DNA of 41,245 nt. It comes from a virus. Lineage: Duplodnaviria; Caudoviricetes. The translations under genes and the position numbers were made by a program. A model generated the notes under the pieces. The model worked only from the letters and a program-made list of their open reading frames with translations. It searched no databases and was not told the origin of the DNA. The stretch is taken from IMG/VR virus record IMGVR_UViG_3300033406_000399, positions 1 through 41,245 of that record; one strand, given 5' to 3'. Below are positions 36,206-41,245 of this stretch, one piece after another. Each line of letters starts with the position of its first letter. Position 1 is the first letter of the stretch.

Positions 36206-36233
36206 GACACGGGGAAGATAAGGAGCTAAAAGT

Positions 36234-36503
36234 ATGGAACAAAGCGAATTTTTCTCTTTATTAGACTCTCTTTATGCCTTTGATGAGGGAGCAACAGATA
36301 GCGGAATAAATGATAAGATTACTAAAAATAAAATAAGGCAATATCTAGCGCAGATGCTTGAAATGGATTTAGTATTACTTATCACTTCGTTTGTACGAGA
36401 ATACTATCTATCTGATTCAGCAATAAATAGCGGATACTCAATTATTGATGTTTTAGCCTTTTTAGAGTGGCTAGATAGAGAAATGAATATATGTATTAAT
36501 TGA
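36234..36503 (+). CDS. 89-aa acidic hypothetical (moron-like) protein
   Basis: AAGGAG RBS; AT-rich; own terminator at 36502-36520. Confidence 0.75.
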   Translation: MEQSEFFSLLDSLYAFDEGATDSGINDKITKNKIRQYLAQMLEMDLVLLITSFVREYYLSDSAINSGYSIIDVLAFLEWLDREMNICIN

Positions 36504-36539
36504 GCCACTAGGCTCTTTTTAGTTTGGGAGGGTGATAAT

Positions 36540-36830
36540 ACGCGAACTACACTATTAATATTGTTGCTTATGCTCATCATGCCAATTTGTTACGCAAATA
36601 CTGTCCACCAAATTGAAGACAGTATGCCACTCGACAAATGGGCACATCTTGGCGCGGGCTATATTATCAGCGATCAATTACATAGGTACACAAAATTTAC
36701 ACCGTTGGAGCGCACTCTGGCGGTGTTTTGTGTTGCGTATGCAAAAGAAAGGTGGGCAGATAGTAAGTTTGACCGCGGCGATATTGCTGCAACGGTCGGC
36801 GGGGCGGCGTTGTATGAGGTTAATTTCTAG
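36540..36830 (+). CDS. YfiM/VanZ-like exported or membrane protein (probable ACG start)
   Basis: DKWAH...AKE..D...D..D..AT..G motif; GGAGG precedes an in-frame ACG. Confidence 0.65.
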   Translation, partial: TRTTLLILLLMLIMPICYANTVHQIEDSMPLDKWAHLGAGYIISDQLHRYTKFTPLERTLAVFCVAYAKERWADSKFDRGDIAATVGGAALYEVNF

Positions 36831-36845
36831 TGGGGAGGGTGAGGG

Positions 36846-37127
36846 ATGGGTGAAAACCAAATTCAAGTACCGATGGACGCATTTTTAGAGATTATAAAAG
36901 GGCAGGCCAGGATAGAGGCAAAGTTAGATGCTCATATCGGTACAGAGTCTACCATTGATGCAAGAGTTTTGGCGTTAGAAACTGATAATAACAAGTCAAA
37001 AGGTGGAGTGAAGATGCTTACCTGGTTGATACCTGTTTTATCCGGTTCGGCAGCAATAGTCGGAACGGCGATAACCTATACTGTTACAGTTGGAAAATAT
37101 ATTGAACAGTTTCAACATCTAAAATAA
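36846..37127 (+). CDS. holin-like protein (coiled coil plus C-terminal TM)
   Basis: ARIEAKLD...RV.ALE then hydrophobic helix; in the lysis cassette. Confidence 0.65.
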   Translation: MGENQIQVPMDAFLEIIKGQARIEAKLDAHIGTESTIDARVLALETDNNKSKGGVKMLTWLIPVLSGSAAIVGTAITYTVTVGKYIEQFQHLK

Positions 37128-37139
37128 TGAGGTGAGCGC

Positions 37140-37325
37140 ATGAACATTATTGATAATCACAGATTACTGCCAACAGCCTTCGCTATCTTGTATGTCGTGG
37201 CGTGGCTGGCGAATCAGTTAGGATATACGCAGCTAGACCTGGAAAAGTTGTGGGCGCTGGGTGTATATGTACTTGGCAAGTATGGGGCTGATTCGCTCTG
37301 GAACACGCCGAAAGGGAGTATGTAA
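37140..37325 (+). CDS. putative holin
   Basis: Two short TM segments, KY..DS.WN.PKG; directly upstream of the endolysin. Confidence 0.7.
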   Translation: MNIIDNHRLLPTAFAILYVVAWLANQLGYTQLDLEKLWALGVYVLGKYGADSLWNTPKGSM

Positions 37326-37326
37326 A

Positions 37327-37884
37327 ATGCGAGTAGTATGTGACCCTGGTCATGCTGGGCGTACTGTTGACCCCGGCGCGATAAATCAAAATTCTGGTTT
37401 GCAGGAGGCTGACATTGCCCTGGTGGTTAGCAGACTGGTTAAACAATACTTAGAAGCGGCTGGCTGTGAAGTTAAACTGACCCGTGACGCGTGGGAAGAT
37501 CCCAAAACTGATGAATTAAGTTATCGAACATCTGTAGCCAACGAGTGGGGCACAGATGTTTTTGTTTCACTGCACTGTAATTCAGCAATCAGCGAAGAGG
37601 CAAAGGGCTTTGAGGTATGGACTTCGCCAGGGCAAACCGATGGCGACAATTTAGCTGGCTACATTTATAGCCAAATTCGTAACACCTTTCCTGATCGGCA
37701 AGGGCGCGGATTAAGAGAGGCTAATTTTTATGTATTAACTCATACTAACGCCCCGGCCTGTCTGGTGGAAATGGCGTTTATCAGTAATGACGAAGAGGCA
37801 CAGCTATTGTCTACGCCATCATGGCAGGAACAAATGGCGAGGGCAATTGCTAGGGGCGTGACCGATTATGCAAGCAGAGTTTAA
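37327..37884 (+). CDS. N-acetylmuramoyl-L-alanine amidase (Amidase_3) endolysin
   Basis: DPGHAG..DPGA, E, FVSLHCN, LVEMAFISN; catalytic domain only. Confidence 0.95.
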   Translation: MRVVCDPGHAGRTVDPGAINQNSGLQEADIALVVSRLVKQYLEAAGCEVKLTRDAWEDPKTDELSYRTSVANEWGTDVFVSLHCNSAISEEAKGFEVWTSPGQTDGDNLAGYIYSQIRNTFPDRQGRGLREANFYVLTHTNAPACLVEMAFISNDEEAQLLSTPSWQEQMARAIARGVTDYASRV

Positions 37885-37960
37885 TAAGCAAAGTATTTGG
37901 CCACTGTTATCAAAACAGATGGCTATTTATTTTAATAAAATTAAAGGAGTGTGTTCATTT

Positions 37961-38500
37961 ATGTCTGATGAAACCACAGTAACGACAACCGAGGAAACCA
38001 CTGCCACGGAGGCAACCGATACCACAGAAGCGACTGAAACTGCTACTGAAACTACTGCAACCGATACAACTACAACGGAGGAAACGACTGATACTACTAC
38101 CGATGCTGATACTACAACGGAAACTGAATCAACAGATGATTCAACTGATACTTCTACCGATTCAACTACCGATAGTTCTACTGATTCAACCGAAACCACG
38201 ACCACAACCGATACTACAACCGAGGAGGAATCTACTGTGTCTGATATTACTGATACCGCTACCGAGGCCGCAGAAGCCGCCGTTATTACGAGTATAGTAA
38301 CCACTACTACATCTACTACCACGGATATTGCTGATAGTATTACAGCAAAAGTAAAGGAGCTTACTGCTGAAATCTCTACTACAAAGAGTCTTTGGGTTAA
38401 GACTCGTAATTCTATTGAAATAGCGGCTATGACTGGTGCATTGGCTGGCCTTGTCGCCGGGTTAAAGGAAGGTTTAGAAGATTTAAAAGACAAGATTTAA
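37961..38500 (+). CDS. Thr/Glu/Asp low-complexity protein with hydrophobic C-terminal helix
   Basis: AAGGAG RBS before MSDETT; terminator follows. Confidence 0.75.
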   Translation: MSDETTVTTTEETTATEATDTTEATETATETTATDTTTTEETTDTTTDADTTTETESTDDSTDTSTDSTTDSSTDSTETTTTTDTTTEEESTVSDITDTATEAAEAAVITSIVTTTTSTTTDIADSITAKVKELTAEISTTKSLWVKTRNSIEIAAMTGALAGLVAGLKEGLEDLKDKI

Positions 38501-38506
38501 GGTGCT

Positions 38507-38533
38507 GGCCCGGTCTTTGATCGGGCCTTTTTT
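38507..38533 (+). terminator. intrinsic terminator
   Basis: GGCCCGGTC/GATCGGGCC stem followed by T6. Confidence 0.85.
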
Positions 38534-38560
38534 CTATATATGGGGAGGTGCATATATATA

Positions 38561-39022
38561 ATGAAGGTAAATGTTTTATTCTCATATCCAGAAACGGTAT
38601 TTGGTCGCATAATCGATGCCGTTGAAGGCCCAGGAGCAGACCCAAGCCACGCCGCTATATTTATGCTTGATGGAATTTTAGAGGCATTAGACAACGGTTT
38701 TGTTAAGTCACCACTTACCGCCTATGATGGTCACAAGACGACTATTATCACTGTCGATGTGCCTGACATAGACGATGCAGAACTAGAAGCAAAGCGGCTT
38801 TTGAATACACCTTATGGCTGGATTGATTGTATAAATGGTGGATTGCGTGAAATTACAGGCCAGCAGATTCCCGGCGATGGTGAGGTAACAGTAAACTGTT
38901 CTGAGGCTGTGGCGCGGATACTGAGGGCTGGGGGCTTAGATGTATTGCCGGGGGTATATGCTGACGGGATTACTCCTGCGGCATTGTTAGATGCTTTACA
39001 GCCGTTGGCGGTGGCAGCATGA
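38561..39022 (+). CDS. permuted papain-like NlpC/P60 (YiiX/YaeF-type) enzyme
   Basis: SHAAI precedes PY and NCSE; ITP..L at the end. Confidence 0.8.
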   Translation: MKVNVLFSYPETVFGRIIDAVEGPGADPSHAAIFMLDGILEALDNGFVKSPLTAYDGHKTTIITVDVPDIDDAELEAKRLLNTPYGWIDCINGGLREITGQQIPGDGEVTVNCSEAVARILRAGGLDVLPGVYADGITPAALLDALQPLAVAA

Positions 39023-39161
39023 AGATTTCAATTCCTGACTTCAAATTTACGATAAAAATACCTTGGCTGTCGAAGTGGTTGTTTGACAGAAAAGTTAAAG
39101 GGAAATAGCATCGCAGAATAGAATATCGTAATTTAACATTATATTTCTGCGGCGGTGGGCT

Positions 39162-39362
39162 ATGCTAAAAAATAAACTAAAAAGTTTTCGACATAAATAT
39201 GAAATGAATCAACTAGAATTTGCTGCTTTTCTTGGCGTTAACAAATCGCTGTACAACAGGTGGGAACGGCAACAGGGGCAACCAAATAGTGTGTCGATGA
39301 TTAAATTAGCTAAAAAACTAGGGTGTAAAATAGATGACCTCTTCGAAGAAGTTCCGGATTAA
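39162..39362 (+). CDS. XRE-family HTH regulator
   Basis: KNKLK..R....MNQ.EFA..LGV....Y.RWE....QP....IKLAKKL. Confidence 0.9.
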   Translation: MLKNKLKSFRHKYEMNQLEFAAFLGVNKSLYNRWERQQGQPNSVSMIKLAKKLGCKIDDLFEEVPD

Positions 39363-39377
39363 TCTCCGGGACTTTTT
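39349..39377 (+). terminator. intrinsic terminator
   Basis: AGTTCCGGA/TCCGGGACT stem followed by T tract. Confidence 0.7.
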
Positions 39378-39382
39378 ATTTA

Positions 39383-39435
39383 TATAAATATACGCAAGAC
39401 AGGCAATTTATGCCGTATATGTGCGTATATTTATA
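39383..39435. repeat. 14-bp perfect inverted repeat upstream of the FtsK-like gene
   Basis: TATAAATATACGCA (39383-39396) / TGCGTATATTTATA (39422-39435). Confidence 0.9.
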
Positions 39436-39460
39436 AAAACTGGAAGGAGGTGTACATACG

Positions 39461-40672
39461 TTGAATATACTAACCGAAATAAAAAACGATATACGGGCCG
39501 TTATTATGCCTATGCTTGGCAGGGATATTCCCCTTGCTGTAATTGAAACTATAGAAGCGTTGTGGGCCGAAGAAAAACGGCCACAGATACATGCGAAGAA
39601 AAGAACGTCAACCGGATATACGTTTACTATTGCGCTGCCGCCAGGAATTAGCTTTAAGGACTTTTACAGTAAATTAGATTATTTTAAGGATTCTGCTGGC
39701 GGCAATAAGGTTAATACTTCAATTGTGCAAGCTGGCAAAATGGCTGTTTTGCAGATAAGCACTAATCTATTAGGCAATTATTTTGAGTATCCCCGTGACT
39801 ATCCGCTAAAAGGCATTTTGCCGGTGCCGATCGGCTACAGTACAAACGGGTTACAGGTAATCGACATTGCTACTTTGCCACATCTGCTAGTTGGTGGCAC
39901 AACCGGCGCGGGGAAAAGTAATGCTATACATGTGATAGTCAATTCACTACTGAGATTGCCAGAGCCACCACTAATAATTTTGATTGATTTAAAAATGTCG
40001 GAATACAACTACTTAGAAAATCAGGTATTGCTCGTCACCGACATTGATACGGCGTGTCAAGCATTGGCGAGACTTGTCCAGGAAATGCGGCAACGACAAC
40101 TACTATTAAAAAAATCTCGTTGCGTTGATATAAAAAAATATAATCGGCACAGCAAAATGCAGTACATAGTTCTGGTGATTGACGAACTGGCCGAATTAAA
40201 GGATAAAGATGCCCAGGAAGATTTAGAAACATTGCTCCGCTTGTGCCGAGCGTCAGGCATTTGCATTGTTGCAGCTACTCAGCGTCCATCATCAAAAATA
40301 TTCCTGTCTAAGTCTTTCGGTGATGCAAAGGCGAACTTTTCCGGGCGGCTATGCTATCAGACAATATCAGATGTTGACAGCCGGATTATCCTAGATTCGG
40401 GCGAAGGTGCAACATTGCCAGCTATTCCAGGCCGCGCATATTTGCGGATCGGCAGAGAGATTACCGAAATACAAACGCCATATTTGGACCCGGAGGAGGT
40501 GCAATATGTCGATAAATTTCCGGCGGCAGGGTTACCAACGGAACTCCCGACTAATCGAGACGTTGAAGGAATGGGGAGTGCTGGACACTCAGCAAATACA
40601 GGTGCTAATATTTCCATCGTCGCGAGTCACCCAGCGAAGGCTGAGGGCTTTGACAGAAAGCGGACGGATTAA
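39461..40672 (+). CDS. FtsK/SpoIIIE-family ATPase
   Basis: PHLLVGGTTGAGKS, LIDLK, VLVIDELAEL, RASGI..VAATQRP, SRIILD..GA..L...GRA. Confidence 0.92.
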   Translation: MNILTEIKNDIRAVIMPMLGRDIPLAVIETIEALWAEEKRPQIHAKKRTSTGYTFTIALPPGISFKDFYSKLDYFKDSAGGNKVNTSIVQAGKMAVLQISTNLLGNYFEYPRDYPLKGILPVPIGYSTNGLQVIDIATLPHLLVGGTTGAGKSNAIHVIVNSLLRLPEPPLIILIDLKMSEYNYLENQVLLVTDIDTACQALARLVQEMRQRQLLLKKSRCVDIKKYNRHSKMQYIVLVIDELAELKDKDAQEDLETLLRLCRASGICIVAATQRPSSKIFLSKSFGDAKANFSGRLCYQTISDVDSRIILDSGEGATLPAIPGRAYLRIGREITEIQTPYLDPEEVQYVDKFPAAGLPTELPTNRDVEGMGSAGHSANTGANISIVASHPAKAEGFDRKRTD

Positions 40673-40964
40673 ACGAAGCACTCAGACCTTGCCATATTTC
40701 TACTACATTGAGCCAGTAGCTAATCCCCTGCGGCGTATAGCAATAAACTGGGCTAGACTATGGCTTTTGAAACAATCAAAAAGCTGGGAGCGTATAACAA
40801 TTGATTATCAAACTAGCACTTGTACGGTCGCTAATACTATCACCGGCGTGGAAAGACAAATTTATATAGTCGAGAGAGGTTTTAAATTACCGGGTGATAA
40901 TGTGCTGGTTATTAGCGATGACGCGGTAAATAATTGGCGGGAGGCAGTATTATGCGAAAAATAG
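40506..40964 (+). CDS. replication-relaxation (Replic_Relax)-like winged-helix protein
   Basis: GGAGGAGG RBS; R...I..L...GVLDT.QI..L.F....R..QRRL..L...G.IKR...PY.YY; adjacent to FtsK. Confidence 0.65.
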   Translation: MSINFRRQGYQRNSRLIETLKEWGVLDTQQIQVLIFPSSRVTQRRLRALTESGRIKRSTQTLPYFYYIEPVANPLRRIAINWARLWLLKQSKSWERITIDYQTSTCTVANTITGVERQIYIVERGFKLPGDNVLVISDDAVNNWREAVLCEK

Positions 40965-41245
40965 TAGGACTGTTCGCTTGGTGTATTCCATCCGTCAGTC
41001 ATGCCGCCGGTTTACAGGATTTAATTACCGGGGCAAGCCCTGACGCAAAATACTATGTCTATGGTGTGCTTGCTATATTTGCGGTGTGCATTGTTGGCAA
41101 GGCTGGCGGGTTGATCTTATCAGGTTTTGGTGATGGCCGTGGTGGACGGTTAATGAGCAATGGTAGTTACTTGGCAGCAATCGGGATATTTATGTCTTTG
41201 GCACTTATGCTGTTTAAACAGTTTTGCACGATGGTCGTTGGATAG
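40952..41245 (+). CDS. signal peptide plus two-TM membrane protein
   Basis: GGGAGG RBS; VSHA|A cleavage-like site; two hydrophobic helices. Confidence 0.75.
   Translation: MRKIVGLFAWCIPSVSHAAGLQDLITGASPDAKYYVYGVLAIFAVCIVGKAGGLILSGFGDGRGGRLMSNGSYLAAIGIFMSLALMLFKQFCTMVVG

Noticed and set aside
37927-38493. 188-aa Val/Ser-rich minus-strand ORF
   Set aside because: Antisense shadow of the Thr/Asp/Glu codons of the plus-strand gene, which has the RBS and terminator
39097-39125. sigmaH-like promoter before the last HTH gene
   Set aside because: AGGGAAAT...GAAT match is too degenerate to call
1-41245. Integrase, att sites, tRNA genes, stop-codon recoding
   Set aside because: None recognised by eye; long genes are intact under the standard code; prophage ends probably lie outside the window

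Overview
The window is most of a temperate phage/prophage genome. Its regulatory signals look Firmicute (strong GGAGG ribosome-binding sites, SOS box, sporulation-sigma-like promoters, Prp cleavage motif), while the virion module is podovirus-type (BPP-1/T7-like portal, capsid, adaptor, nozzle, three ejection proteins, tailspike). That combination, plus an endolysin with no cell-wall-binding domain, suggests a spore-forming, possibly diderm (Negativicutes-like) host; this is inference. Gene order: leftward accessory membrane genes; repressor/Cro switch; early operon (Sak4-like ATPase, DnaD-type initiator with ori, DnaB, RusA-like); a run of small genes bounded by direct repeats; late activator; packaging, head and tail; lysis; then HTH + FtsK/SpoIIIE ATPase + replication-relaxation-like + membrane protein. 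I saw no integrase, att site, tRNA or CRISPR array. The most interesting unexplained signals are: (i) three promoter-plus-terminator antisense small-RNA units in the early operon. One has a sigmaG-like promoter and 17/18-nt complementarity to the major capsid RBS; another has a C-rich loop with 13/13-nt complementarity to a lysis-gene RBS. (ii) A post-lysis FtsK/relaxase-like/SpoIIIAC- or pilin-like module behind a 14-bp inverted repeat. Together these hint at a phage that links late-gene silencing and DNA transfer to host sporulation. All family assignments come from motif recognition by eye; no searches were run.
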